A stretch of DNA of 64,000 nucleotides from Candidatus Komeilibacteria bacterium RIFOXYD1_FULL_37_29 (GTDB lineage: Bacteria > Patescibacteriota > Patescibacteriia > UBA1558 > GWA2-36-10), in assembly GCA_001818495.1 (NCBI GenBank), contig MHKS01000005.1, forward strand, positions 250,038-314,037, written 5' to 3'. Shown here in pieces: positions 19,427-28,426 of this stretch (its first letter is position 1; each line of letters opens with the position of its first letter). The position numbers were made by a program, and so were the translations under genes. The notes under the pieces are model-generated. The model searched no databases and was not told the DNA's origin. It saw only the letters and a program-made list of their open reading frames with translations.

Positions 19427-19596
19427 AGGGAGAGGTAGCAGATCCCGCGTAGCGGGACCCCGCTTTGCGGGGGTGGTTTAGAAATAGTAAGTTGATAATT
19501 TCATTTAGTTTTGGAGAGGTGGCAGCTCCCGCGCAGCGGGACCCCGCTTTGCGGGGGTGGTTTAGAAATAGTAAGTTGATAATTTCATTTAGTTTT
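19427..19596. repeat. Two tandem copies of a roughly 84-bp unit, each beginning with the first 9 nt of the adjacent tRNA (GGAGAGGTG) and containing GC-rich hairpins (CCCGCgcaGCGGG; CCCCGCtttGCGGGG)
   Basis: Copy A is about 19430-19512 and copy B 19513-19596. They are roughly 92% identical and directly abut the 5' end of tRNA-Ser. Confidence 0.8.
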
Positions 19597-19686
19597 GGAG
19601 AGGTGCTAGAGTGGTTGAATAGGGTGCTCTCGAAAAGCACTAGTCCTGAAAGGGACTCGGGGGTTCAAATCCCTCCCTCTCCGCCA
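19597..19686 (+). tRNA. tRNA-Ser (anticodon CGA), type II with a long variable arm, 3' CCA encoded
   Basis: GGAGAGGTG...acceptor, with the pairing CCTCTCC-G-CCA at the 3' end. D-loop AGAGTGGTTGAA. Anticodon loop CTCGAAA. Long extra arm. T-arm GGTTCAAATCC. Confidence 0.85.
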
Positions 19687-20035
19687 TCCTTCGCTAAAGC
19701 TACGGAATGACTAGCCATATGTTATATTATACTTACATTTTATTAAGCTCAAAATCTCATATTTTTTATTTTGGTTCAACGAATAATTTAAAAAATAGAT
19801 TGGAGCTGCATAATAGCGGCAAGGTAACATCAACTAAATCGCATATACCTTGGAAATTAGTTTGGTATTGTGTATTTGAAACGGAAAAACAGGCAAGAGA
19901 TTTTGAGCTTTATTTAAAAACAGGGTCAGGAAAATCTTTTGCTTATAAAAGACTTATTTCCGTGGCTTTAGAGAAGGATTTCAGGGAAGGGAGAATAGGT
20001 AGTCCGAAGCGGAAGCCTTAGCTTTTGCGAAGGAT
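19687..20035. mobile_element. 349-bp GIY-YIG mini-element inserted at the 3' end of tRNA-Ser. It is bounded by 16-bp imperfect terminal inverted repeats (TCCTTCGCTAAAGCTA / TAGCTTTTGCGAAGGA) and flanked by a 16-bp direct repeat of the tRNA 3' end (CCCTCCCTCTCCGCCA at 19671-19686; ACCTCCCTCTCCGCCA at 20036-20051).
   Basis: Repeats are read directly. TIR match is 15/16 and DR match 15/16. The only gene inside is the GIY-YIG ORF. Confidence 0.6.
19707..20021 (+). CDS. GIY-YIG nuclease-domain protein (YhbQ/Slx1-like, UPF0213 family)
   Basis: YYTYILLSSKSHIFYFGSTNNLKNRLELHN...TK...PWKLVWYCVFETEKQARDFELYLK matches the GIY-YIG core (GIY / YIG / R / E / N). Confidence 0.8.
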   Translation: MTSHMLYYTYILLSSKSHIFYFGSTNNLKNRLELHNSGKVTSTKSHIPWKLVWYCVFETEKQARDFELYLKTGSGKSFAYKRLISVALEKDFREGRIGSPKRKP

Positions 20036-20190
20036 ACCTCCCTCTCCGCCAGATTACCAAGTTTGAACCCAAGCAAAATAAGGGTTTTGTGCTATTGAAA
20101 AGCCGGTGTCCGAATAAGGTGCTGATTTTTTAAAATCCTTATCAAATGAGTAAATTTTTGGTAAAATAGAGTTAATAAGAATAGAATTAT

Positions 20191-22020
20191 ATGTCTAAAA
20201 AAATTGATTACGACAACTGGTCAAAAGATGAGATAATCAAGGAGATTAGGCGAATCAAAGAAACTACATACGGACTTGTGTGGCATCGCGACTTACCTGA
20301 GGAAAAAATTGATATTCTTATAAACCCAGATGCTCGGACTCCAAATGAAATGTTCCCTAACGAAATGGCGGGCAAGCCATTTCCAGTTTTGAAAGAGGCA
20401 AAAACAAAAACAATTGAGACTGATAAAAATAAGCCGACAAATATTTTGATTGAGGGTGATAATTATCATTCTCTTGCCGTTTTGAATTTTACTCATCAAG
20501 AAGCAATTGATTTGATTTACATTGATCCGCCTTACAATACTGGCCACAACGATTTTGTTTACAATGATAAAATTAAAAGCGGTTATGTTGTTAAAGATGA
20601 TCCATTTAGGCATAGTAAATGGATTTCTTTCATGGAAAAAAGGTTAAAACTCGCAAAAAATTTATTGAAATCGTCGGGTGTTATTTTTATTAGTATTGAC
20701 GACAATGAATTTGCTCCATTAAAAATGCTGTGTGACGAGATTTTTGATGAAAGTAATTTCATCTCTATGTTGTCAATTGAAAATAATCCTAAGGGACGGA
20801 AAAACTCCGATTTTATATCTATTTGTAATGATTATTGTCTTATATACGCTAAAGACAAAGGTAAAAGTTATTTTGTTGAAAATATTCCCAAACAAGCTGA
20901 CGACTTAACGATTGATGATAATGGAGACTATGTACACAATAGCGGCAAACGGGTCCTTGTTGGAGAAAATAAATTTAATCCGCTTGTAGAAGATTTTGAA
21001 TCAGCTAAGCATTATAGTGTTTATTACAATCAGACTGATAATAAAATTAAAATAGAGGTGGAAAAAAATATTCACGAGGCAAACAAAGATTTATTAAAAA
21101 ACGGATATAAAAGATACTATTCTTATTTTGGAGACAGATTTGTCTTGAATACTTATACAAAATCAAAAATCATAGAGCTTTTCGAAGATGAGGCTCTCGA
21201 ATTCAAAAATGGGAGTATATATGAAAAAAATTTCAGCACAACAATTAGACTAAAAAGTCTTGTTATCAATAAAAAATATGAGGCAGTAATAAATAATGAA
21301 AAAGCAGAATATCAAATAGATGTTAAAACGACTTCAGCGAAGACTGAATTAAAGGATATTTTCAACACTGACCAAATTCCATTTGATAACCCCAAGAATA
21401 TTGGTTTGATAAAATTATTGGTAACATTATTTGAAAATAAATCAATAACTATTTTAGATTTTTTTGCAGGATCGGGAACGACCGGGCATGCAGTCCTTGG
21501 TCAAAATAAAGAAGATGGAGGAAATCGACAATTTATTCTGTGCACGAATAATGAAAATAATATATGCACTGATATCTGCTATCCCCGTCTTGGAAAAGTT
21601 ATAAAGGGATATAAAAATTCAAGAAATGAAAAAATTGATGGTTTGGGTGGAAACCTGAGATATTTTACTGCTTATGACTTTGTAGAAGCTAAGGAAACAG
21701 ATAGAAACAAAAGAAAACTAGTAAACCAATCAACAGAAATGCTTTGCATTAAGGAAAATGCTTTTGAGCTTGTGCAAGAAGTTGAAGATTATAAAATCTT
21801 CAAGAATCATGATAAATATTTGGGAATTATTTTTCATGAAGATTCTATATCGGACTATGTCAAAGCAATAAAAAAGATAAAAGGACACTTTAATACTTAT
21901 ACATTTTCAATGACGGATGATCCTCACAAAGAGGAATTTACTGATGTTGCGGACAAAGTAACTCTTTGTGCAATTCCAGAAATGATTTTGAAAGTATATC
22001 ATGAGATTTTCAAGGAATAA
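20191..22020 (+). CDS. mod: Type III restriction-modification system, Mod subunit (N6-adenine DNA methyltransferase)
   Basis: Motif IV DPPY within LIYIDPPYNTGHNDFVYND. Motif I FFAGSGTTGHAV. 609 aa. Overlaps res by 20 nt. Confidence 0.85.
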   Translation: MSKKIDYDNWSKDEIIKEIRRIKETTYGLVWHRDLPEEKIDILINPDARTPNEMFPNEMAGKPFPVLKEAKTKTIETDKNKPTNILIEGDNYHSLAVLNFTHQEAIDLIYIDPPYNTGHNDFVYNDKIKSGYVVKDDPFRHSKWISFMEKRLKLAKNLLKSSGVIFISIDDNEFAPLKMLCDEIFDESNFISMLSIENNPKGRKNSDFISICNDYCLIYAKDKGKSYFVENIPKQADDLTIDDNGDYVHNSGKRVLVGENKFNPLVEDFESAKHYSVYYNQTDNKIKIEVEKNIHEANKDLLKNGYKRYYSYFGDRFVLNTYTKSKIIELFEDEALEFKNGSIYEKNFSTTIRLKSLVINKKYEAVINNEKAEYQIDVKTTSAKTELKDIFNTDQIPFDNPKNIGLIKLLVTLFENKSITILDFFAGSGTTGHAVLGQNKEDGGNRQFILCTNNENNICTDICYPRLGKVIKGYKNSRNEKIDGLGGNLRYFTAYDFVEAKETDRNKRKLVNQSTEMLCIKENAFELVQEVEDYKIFKNHDKYLGIIFHEDSISDYVKAIKKIKGHFNTYTFSMTDDPHKEEFTDVADKVTLCAIPEMILKVYHEIFKE

Positions 22021-24262
22021 TTATATGTCATGGATTAATTTTAAAAATTATCAAGAAACTGCAATCGATGAAATACGCGACAAGATTAATGCCCTGCTCA
22101 AAAAAGAGGGTAATAGACTTTGCGTATTCAAAGCTCCGACTGGTTCGGGGAAAACTTTAATGATGGCGGAATGGATGATGAGGTTTTGTGACCCATATTC
22201 GCGAATTGATGGGAAAACTTTTTCTTTTGTATGGATAGCAGTAAATAAATTACATGATCAAAGCCATGACAGTTTAAAAAAGTTTTATGAGCTCAAAGGA
22301 GCGGGGCTTCGTTGTTCATATTTTCACGAACTTGAGGATAGAAAAATAAAACAGAACGAGATTTTATTTTTGAATTGGGCAAGTATCAATAATGAAGACA
22401 AGATTATTGTTCGCGCGAATGAAAGAGATAATAATCTCTCAACAATAATTGATCGGACCAAAGATGCCAGTCGGACAATTATTTTGATTATCGACGAAAG
22501 CCACCATACCGCAAAAAGTAAAAATTCAAAGGCTTTAATAAAAAATATTGACCCTAAAATTACGATCGAGGTTTCTGCTACACCAGAAATTTTTGATTTT
22601 GATGAGCGGGTAACCATTGATATTGAGGATGTACGAAGCGAGGAAATGATAAAGAAAGAAATTGTAGTGAACCCTGGCTTCAAAAATTACACAGTTGATC
22701 CAAAAAAGAACGATCAAACAGCAGACGAATTAATCTTGAAGTCTGCTTTGCAAAAAAGGATTGATTTGCGAAAAAAATTAGAAAAAGATGGTTCAAATGT
22801 CAATCCCTTATTACTTATTCAATTACCGGATACAAAAAAAGGAGTTCCTGATAAAAAAGAGGAGATTGAAACACTTCTTGCTAAATTTGGCTATACAACA
22901 AAAAATGGAAAGTTGGCTGTCTATCTTTCTGAAAAAGATAACAAAATAAATCTTGCTAATATTGAGAAAAATGAAAACGAAGTGGAGGTAATGATGTTCA
23001 AGCAAGCGATTGCACTTGGTTGGGATTGTCCAAGAGCTACAATTCTTGTGCTTTTCCGTCAATGGAAAGATGAAACGATAACATTCTCAATCCAAACATT
23101 GGGAAGAATCATGCGTATGCCTGAGCAAAAACATTATAAAGATCAAGAGTTGAATATTGCTTATCTTTATACTAGTTTACAAGACATTAATACTCGTATT
23201 TTGAAAGGTGCTTCGTCGGGAATAAAATCTCTTACGAGTTATCGCAATGAGAAATATAAAAATATTGACCTAATTTCATATCACTCAAAACGATTCCGTG
23301 AGGAAACTCGTTTGTCTTCTGATTTTGTGAAAATTTTTATCGAAGCCGCTAAAAAAACAAATTTAAAAGATGTTTCGCTAAAAGTCGGGATTGTGAAAAC
23401 AACAATGATCAAAGATGGACGCGTGGAAAATGCGGATAAAGAAATAACAAAGATTGAAAGTGATACTTTTTCTATACCCAAAACAGAGACGGAGCTGCAA
23501 TATACTTTTGATATGTTTGTGCTTGATAATCTTGATCCGTTTGAACATGAAGCCCGTTCTATAAAACGCATAAACGATTCAATTTATACTTTCTTTGGCG
23601 CACGACGCAAAGAAGATGAATGGCCTAAAATACAAGCCACGATACTTTCGTATGAAAAGAATCGCCAAGCTGTAATTGATGCTATTAATCTAGCAAAAGA
23701 TTTATATAAAACCGAAGTTGGAAAAGGCAAAAAAGAACTGATACAAAATGATGAGCCGTGGAATGTGCCAGAAGCTATTAATTTTGATCCGTCATTTGTA
23801 GAGCAAAATTATAAAAAATCTATAATGCAACCATATTACGCTCGTTCTCGGGATGGAGAAAACGGACGATTGTTTGAGGACAGTGAAATTGAAAATGATT
23901 TTATTAAATACCTAGAAAAAGCACAGAAAGTTGTTTGGTGGTTCAGAAATGGGAAACAAGACGGATCATTTTTTGCTGTCCCGCACATTGAACACGGACA
24001 AGAAAAGCCGTTTTATGTTGATTTTATAGTTATGATGAAAAATGGAACTGTTGGGCTTTTTGATACAAAATCAGGATATACTGCCGAACTAGCAAAATCT
24101 CGCTCTGATGGACTTGTAAAATATATTAATGAGCAGAAAAAGAAAAAAATTACTGGCGGAATTGTGAGATACGAAAAGAAAAGTTGGCTATATTTTACTA
24201 ACAAAGAATATAAATATAATCCGAATGATATAAAGGATTGGGAATTTTTGGATTTGAATTAA
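22001..24262 (+). CDS. res: Type III restriction enzyme, Res subunit (SF2 helicase-nuclease)
   Basis: Walker A FKAPTGSGKT. DEAH box IIDESHH. 753 aa. Translationally coupled to mod. Confidence 0.85.
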   Translation: MRFSRNNYMSWINFKNYQETAIDEIRDKINALLKKEGNRLCVFKAPTGSGKTLMMAEWMMRFCDPYSRIDGKTFSFVWIAVNKLHDQSHDSLKKFYELKGAGLRCSYFHELEDRKIKQNEILFLNWASINNEDKIIVRANERDNNLSTIIDRTKDASRTIILIIDESHHTAKSKNSKALIKNIDPKITIEVSATPEIFDFDERVTIDIEDVRSEEMIKKEIVVNPGFKNYTVDPKKNDQTADELILKSALQKRIDLRKKLEKDGSNVNPLLLIQLPDTKKGVPDKKEEIETLLAKFGYTTKNGKLAVYLSEKDNKINLANIEKNENEVEVMMFKQAIALGWDCPRATILVLFRQWKDETITFSIQTLGRIMRMPEQKHYKDQELNIAYLYTSLQDINTRILKGASSGIKSLTSYRNEKYKNIDLISYHSKRFREETRLSSDFVKIFIEAAKKTNLKDVSLKVGIVKTTMIKDGRVENADKEITKIESDTFSIPKTETELQYTFDMFVLDNLDPFEHEARSIKRINDSIYTFFGARRKEDEWPKIQATILSYEKNRQAVIDAINLAKDLYKTEVGKGKKELIQNDEPWNVPEAINFDPSFVEQNYKKSIMQPYYARSRDGENGRLFEDSEIENDFIKYLEKAQKVVWWFRNGKQDGSFFAVPHIEHGQEKPFYVDFIVMMKNGTVGLFDTKSGYTAELAKSRSDGLVKYINEQKKKKITGGIVRYEKKSWLYFTNKEYKYNPNDIKDWEFLDLN

Positions 24263-24265
24263 ATT

Positions 24266-25450
24266 ATGGCATTAGAATCAGAAAAATTGGAAGAAAAAAT
24301 AGTTGATAATTATTTTACTGATACTCTATATAGTAGTCGGGAATTTAAGGGTGGAGTAGGTAAATTTTTTACAATAGTATCTCAGGATGAAAATGATATC
24401 CCAAATGTAGTTGATGTTGAGCATTCGTATCCTATACGCAATAAAATAAAGACAACGCTGACATTTATCAAAAAAGAAAACGAAATTACAGCCATTTCCT
24501 TTAAGCGTTTTAAATATTATAAAAAAGAACATTGGGTTGAACAACCAGAAGAACAGATTACTTTTTCATACAGTCTTTTTAAAAAAATTATTGGGTATTT
24601 ACAGTTACTATCAGAATTAAATTTGTCGGCTATTAGTGAGCGAAGAATTGCTTTAGCCGATGACACATTACCGAATATTGACGATGAAACAAAAAAGAAG
24701 ATTAAAACATTGCTTTTACGCAAAGATGGGCAAAAAATTATTGAGGAATTAATAAATAGCGGAATAATTACATCAACCGATATTGTAAATATCGGGTATC
24801 GAAAAAAACAACTTGATGTTTTTGAGAAGCTCCTGACACAACCCGATTATTTTGCAACCTATATAACTGAAAGTAAAATTACAGATACTCGTCATGAGTC
24901 TGTTTGGCAACATTTCTTCCATTCTAATGATTGGATTTTTGGATATGGACTAGATTATCGCTTTCTTGGCATCCTGCAAAAAGAAGCTCATATTTCAAAT
25001 ACAGACGTCGCAGGAAAAGGGGCTGTTATAAATGATTTTCTACTCGGGTGCAATAAATTCACCGTTTTGGTTGAATTAAAAAAACACGACACACCATTAT
25101 TTGGAAAAGACAAAAACCGGTCAAACTCTTGGACACTTTCAGATGATTTAATATCTGGTCTATCTCAAATATTAGAGCAAAAAGCTAGTTGGCAGGTTTC
25201 GGCCGAGACAAATGCAAGTGGAAATTTTGACGATAAGGGTAATTTGATAAAACAAAAAACTATCGATCCAAAAAGTATCTTAGTTATCGGATCAACAAAG
25301 CAATTTGATGGTGATGATAAAGAAAATCAAATTAAAGCAAAAACCTTTGAACTTTTTAGACGAGATTCAAGAAATATAGAAATTCTTACTTATGACGAAC
25401 TGTATGAGAGAGCGAAGTTTATTGTTGAACATAAACAGAAAGACAACTAG
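24266..25450 (+). CDS. Putative defense-associated PD-(D/E)xK nuclease, Shedu (SduA/DUF4263)-like
   Basis: 394 aa. Core AVINDFLLGCNKFTVLVELKK gives D...ELK, a PD-(D/E)xK signature. C-terminal KSILVIGST...IEILTYDELYERA resembles DUF4263 ends. Immediately downstream of Type III R-M. Confidence 0.4.
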   Translation: MALESEKLEEKIVDNYFTDTLYSSREFKGGVGKFFTIVSQDENDIPNVVDVEHSYPIRNKIKTTLTFIKKENEITAISFKRFKYYKKEHWVEQPEEQITFSYSLFKKIIGYLQLLSELNLSAISERRIALADDTLPNIDDETKKKIKTLLLRKDGQKIIEELINSGIITSTDIVNIGYRKKQLDVFEKLLTQPDYFATYITESKITDTRHESVWQHFFHSNDWIFGYGLDYRFLGILQKEAHISNTDVAGKGAVINDFLLGCNKFTVLVELKKHDTPLFGKDKNRSNSWTLSDDLISGLSQILEQKASWQVSAETNASGNFDDKGNLIKQKTIDPKSILVIGSTKQFDGDDKENQIKAKTFELFRRDSRNIEILTYDELYERAKFIVEHKQKDN

Positions 25451-25793
25451 GTTTAAATAGAATAATCCACCTCATTTTTGCTCTTATCTGATTTTAGCTT
25501 CGGTGTCTCAAACCATTCTGGATGAACCTTGAACATAGCCCTTAATTCGCGTATACTTTTATCAATATCCTTAAATTTGAACCACTTTTTTGGTTCAAAC
25601 TTCGGGACATCGCCACCGCCACTCGATTCGCATTTTGCTTCGCAAAAAGCTCACTCGTGATCTACGGTGCTAAAGCACCTTCGACCATTCTAATTCTAGA
25701 ATCGAGTGTATTGAGCGAGCGTAGCGAGTCGAAAGGCACGCGCTATCGTGCTAGCATAAGTGTATTAAAAAATTTCTATATAGTTATTAAAAT

Positions 25794-26387
25794 ATGGATC
25801 AACAAACAATCAATACATACAACAGGATGTCACAAGAGTATGATGATGAAACAGCTGATTTTTGGGAGCGATTTCCTCGAACATTTCTTGATAAATTTAT
25901 TAAGCTATCCGGTAATAAAATACTTGATGTTGGGAGCGGACCAGGTAGAGATGGTTTGATACTTCAACAGGCCGGTAAAAATGTTGTCTGTGTGGATGCT
26001 TCTGCAGCAATGGTGAAATTGTCTTCAGACAGAGGTTTAAACTCTATAGTAGCCAGTTTCGACAATTTACCATTTGAAAATAATTCATTTGACGGCGTAT
26101 GGTCATATACTGCTCTTTTACATATTCCCAAAAAATCTATCGATACCCCTCTTCAAGAGATTTTTCGTATTATCAAACCTTCAGGTATTTTTGCTCTTGG
26201 TCTGATTGAAGGGGACACAGAAGGATACAAAGAAAGCTCTGAAGTGACTATGCCTCGTTGGTTTAGTTTCTATCAGAAAGACGAAGTTGAAAATTTATGC
26301 CAAAAGCACGGATTTGAGCTGGTTTACTTTGAGACTTTTAAACCAGGGTCCAAGCCCTATTTGAATTTTATTTTTCGAAAAATATAA
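25794..26387 (+). CDS. Class I SAM-dependent methyltransferase (Methyltransf_11-like)
   Basis: Motif I KILDVGSGPGRDGL. Acidic motif II VVCVDAS. 197 aa. Confidence 0.75.
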   Translation: MDQQTINTYNRMSQEYDDETADFWERFPRTFLDKFIKLSGNKILDVGSGPGRDGLILQQAGKNVVCVDASAAMVKLSSDRGLNSIVASFDNLPFENNSFDGVWSYTALLHIPKKSIDTPLQEIFRIIKPSGIFALGLIEGDTEGYKESSEVTMPRWFSFYQKDEVENLCQKHGFELVYFETFKPGSKPYLNFIFRKI

Positions 26388-26416
26388 TACTACTAGAACA
26401 TTTTTATCTATCTCAA

Positions 26417-26665
26417 TTTTCACTGTCTTTTCAGGCAGTTTTTTGGTATAATCAAAGCATTAATTAATAAAAATATTATGATTGACGAAGAAATAAAGCA
26501 AATTATTCAGGAAAATAAGGACACTTTGGCTAATATTGATAAAAGGATTGGTCGGATTGAGAAAAATTTTATTTGGAGTTCAATTTTTGGTTTTATAAAG
26601 ATTGTTATTATTGTAGCACCGATTGTTTTTGGTATTATTTATTTTACGCCATTTTTGAAAGATTT
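26417..26665. repeat. Left copy of a roughly 250-bp direct repeat (about 95% identical to 33399..33648). It carries an extended -10 promoter (TTTTGGTATAAT) and the 5' part of a small membrane-protein gene.
   Basis: Direct sequence comparison. Shared sequence runs from TTTTCACTGTCTTTTCAGGCAGTTTTTTGGTATAATCAAAG through ...TTTACGCCATTTTT. Confidence 0.9.
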
Positions 26666-26690
26666 AAATAAATTGGGTATTATTACATAA
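26478..26690 (+). CDS. Small membrane protein (70 aa). A truncated paralog/duplicate of 33461..33811.
   Basis: MIDEEIKQIIQENKDTLANIDKRIGRIEKNFIWSSIFGFIKIVII... is near-identical to the N-terminus of the 33461 ORF. It diverges where the DNA repeat ends. Confidence 0.6.
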   Translation: MIDEEIKQIIQENKDTLANIDKRIGRIEKNFIWSSIFGFIKIVIIVAPIVFGIIYFTPFLKDLNKLGIIT

Positions 26691-26707
26691 TTAAGAAATG
26701 GTAGTAT

Positions 26708-28426
26708 ATGAAAAAGTCAAAAGTCATATTAGGGATTACTGCCTTTAATCATGATTCTTCGGCGTGCTTAATTTATCAAGGTAGAGTAATTGCATTTTGT
26801 GAGGAGGAAAGATTCAATGGCATAAAACATACCGGAGATTTTCCGATAAAATCAATTTTATTTTGTTTAGAAAAAGCTGGTTTGTCATTAAATGATGTGA
26901 CTGATGTAGCTTTTTATTTTAATATTAAAAAATGTTTATTGAGTTATATAAAGAACAATAATCCACTCTATTATATTATTCATCCATCTTTATTTAAGAG
27001 GAAAAGATTTTATTATGAAATTATTTGGTTATTTAGTTTTATAAACAAAATTAATTCAATTAAAAAACTCCTTAATAATTATAAGATAAAGATTACTTAT
27101 GTAGATCATCATATGGCGCACGCTTGGTATGGGTATTTTTCTTCAAATTTTAAAAATTGCACGGTAGTTTCTAATGACAGCGTAGGCGAGAGTGTGAGTA
27201 GTTTAGCCGTAAAGATACAGAGAGAAGATAAAAAAATTATTTTTGGTAAGACATTCAGTCAAACAGACCCTCACTCTATTGGGTATTTGTATGGTGCTAT
27301 AACTGAATTTTTAGGATTCAAAAGAGGTCAAGACGAAGGAAAGGTTATGGCTATGGCGGCTTTAGGGAAAGATAAATATGTAAAATATTTTGATGACTTG
27401 ATTAGATATTTACCTAATGGGGAATTTAGAATAAGTAAGGAGTTGATTTCCTTACGTAATTTTCAGCCAAAATCACAAAGATTAAGCAATGATTTTTTAA
27501 AAAAATTTGGATATTATCGTCAACCCCAAGAACCATTTATCCAAAAGCATTATGATATTGCTTATGCAATACAAGGGGTAACGGAAAAAATTTTATATCA
27601 CCAATTAAAATATATTAATGATGATAATATAGTCATTACTGGTGGTATTGCTCAAAATAGTGTAGCCAACGGGAAACTCAACAATTTTTTTTATAAAAGA
27701 AATATATTTATTCCTCCGATTCCTAATGATGCCGGGTGTGGTATTGGCGCGGCGCTTTCTTTATATTATAAGTATTATGAAGATTTACCAGAGTTTGTGG
27801 ATACTGCGTTTTTAGGCCCAGAATTTTCTGATCATAAAATCATTAAAACATTAGAAAATAATAAAATAAATTTTAAAATTATAAAAAATCAGACGGAATT
27901 CATTATTAATGAGCTTTTGAAAAATAAGATTATCGCTATATATAGAAATGAGATGGAGTGTGGTCCTAGGGCATTAGGTAATAGGAGTATAATAGCCAAT
28001 CCAATTGATCCGGCGATGAAGAATTACATCAATGAAAAAATAAAACACCGTGAATTTTTTCAGCCATACGGCGGGTTGATTATTGATAAAAATGTTAAAG
28101 AAGTATTTGATTATAAGAATAAAAATATTTCCGGACCATATATGTCTTTTGTTTATCCAATTAAAGATAAATGGTTAAAAATGTTTCCATCTTTGGTTCA
28201 TTTTGATAAAACTTCTAGAATTCAAATAATAAAGAAGGAACAAAATTTTTTATATAGTCTCTTGGAAGAATTTTATAAAAAAACAGGTGTCCCCGTAATT
28301 ATAAATACTTCCCTTAATTTAAGAGGGCAGCCTATGGCAAGAAGCCATCAAGATGCTTTAAACACATTTTATAATTCGGGGATTCATTATATTTTATTTA
28401 ATAACAGTATTCTAGTTTCAAAATGA
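26708..28426 (+). CDS. NodU/CmcH-family carbamoyltransferase
   Basis: N-terminal KVILGITAFNHDSSACLIYQGRVIAFCEEERFNGIKHTGDFP matches the carbamoyltransferase N-domain (compare TobZ/NodU ...LG...HD.AAAL..DG.I.AA.EEERF.R.KH). A DHHMAHAWYGYF metal-binding motif is present. 572 aa. Confidence 0.85.
   Translation: MKKSKVILGITAFNHDSSACLIYQGRVIAFCEEERFNGIKHTGDFPIKSILFCLEKAGLSLNDVTDVAFYFNIKKCLLSYIKNNNPLYYIIHPSLFKRKRFYYEIIWLFSFINKINSIKKLLNNYKIKITYVDHHMAHAWYGYFSSNFKNCTVVSNDSVGESVSSLAVKIQREDKKIIFGKTFSQTDPHSIGYLYGAITEFLGFKRGQDEGKVMAMAALGKDKYVKYFDDLIRYLPNGEFRISKELISLRNFQPKSQRLSNDFLKKFGYYRQPQEPFIQKHYDIAYAIQGVTEKILYHQLKYINDDNIVITGGIAQNSVANGKLNNFFYKRNIFIPPIPNDAGCGIGAALSLYYKYYEDLPEFVDTAFLGPEFSDHKIIKTLENNKINFKIIKNQTEFIINELLKNKIIAIYRNEMECGPRALGNRSIIANPIDPAMKNYINEKIKHREFFQPYGGLIIDKNVKEVFDYKNKNISGPYMSFVYPIKDKWLKMFPSLVHFDKTSRIQIIKKEQNFLYSLLEEFYKKTGVPVIINTSLNLRGQPMARSHQDALNTFYNSGIHYILFNNSILVSK

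Noticed and set aside
19427-19596. Possible CRISPR array (regularly spaced GC-rich palindromic units)
   Set aside because: Only two contiguous near-identical 84-bp units with no unique spacers between them. Each unit includes the tRNA 5' end. No cas genes in the window.
19368-19710. ORFs 19465..19710 (+, 81 aa) and 19368..19640 (-, 90 aa) from the six-frame track
   Set aside because: They lie entirely over the 84-bp tandem repeats and the tRNA-Ser gene. Their internally repeated amino-acid sequence simply mirrors the DNA repeat. There is no RBS or plausible start context.
25657-25959. ORF 25657..25959 (+, 100 aa)
   Set aside because: It begins in the palindrome-rich non-coding stretch and runs out of frame across the start of the well-supported methyltransferase gene at 25794. 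It has a low-complexity N-terminus and no start signals.
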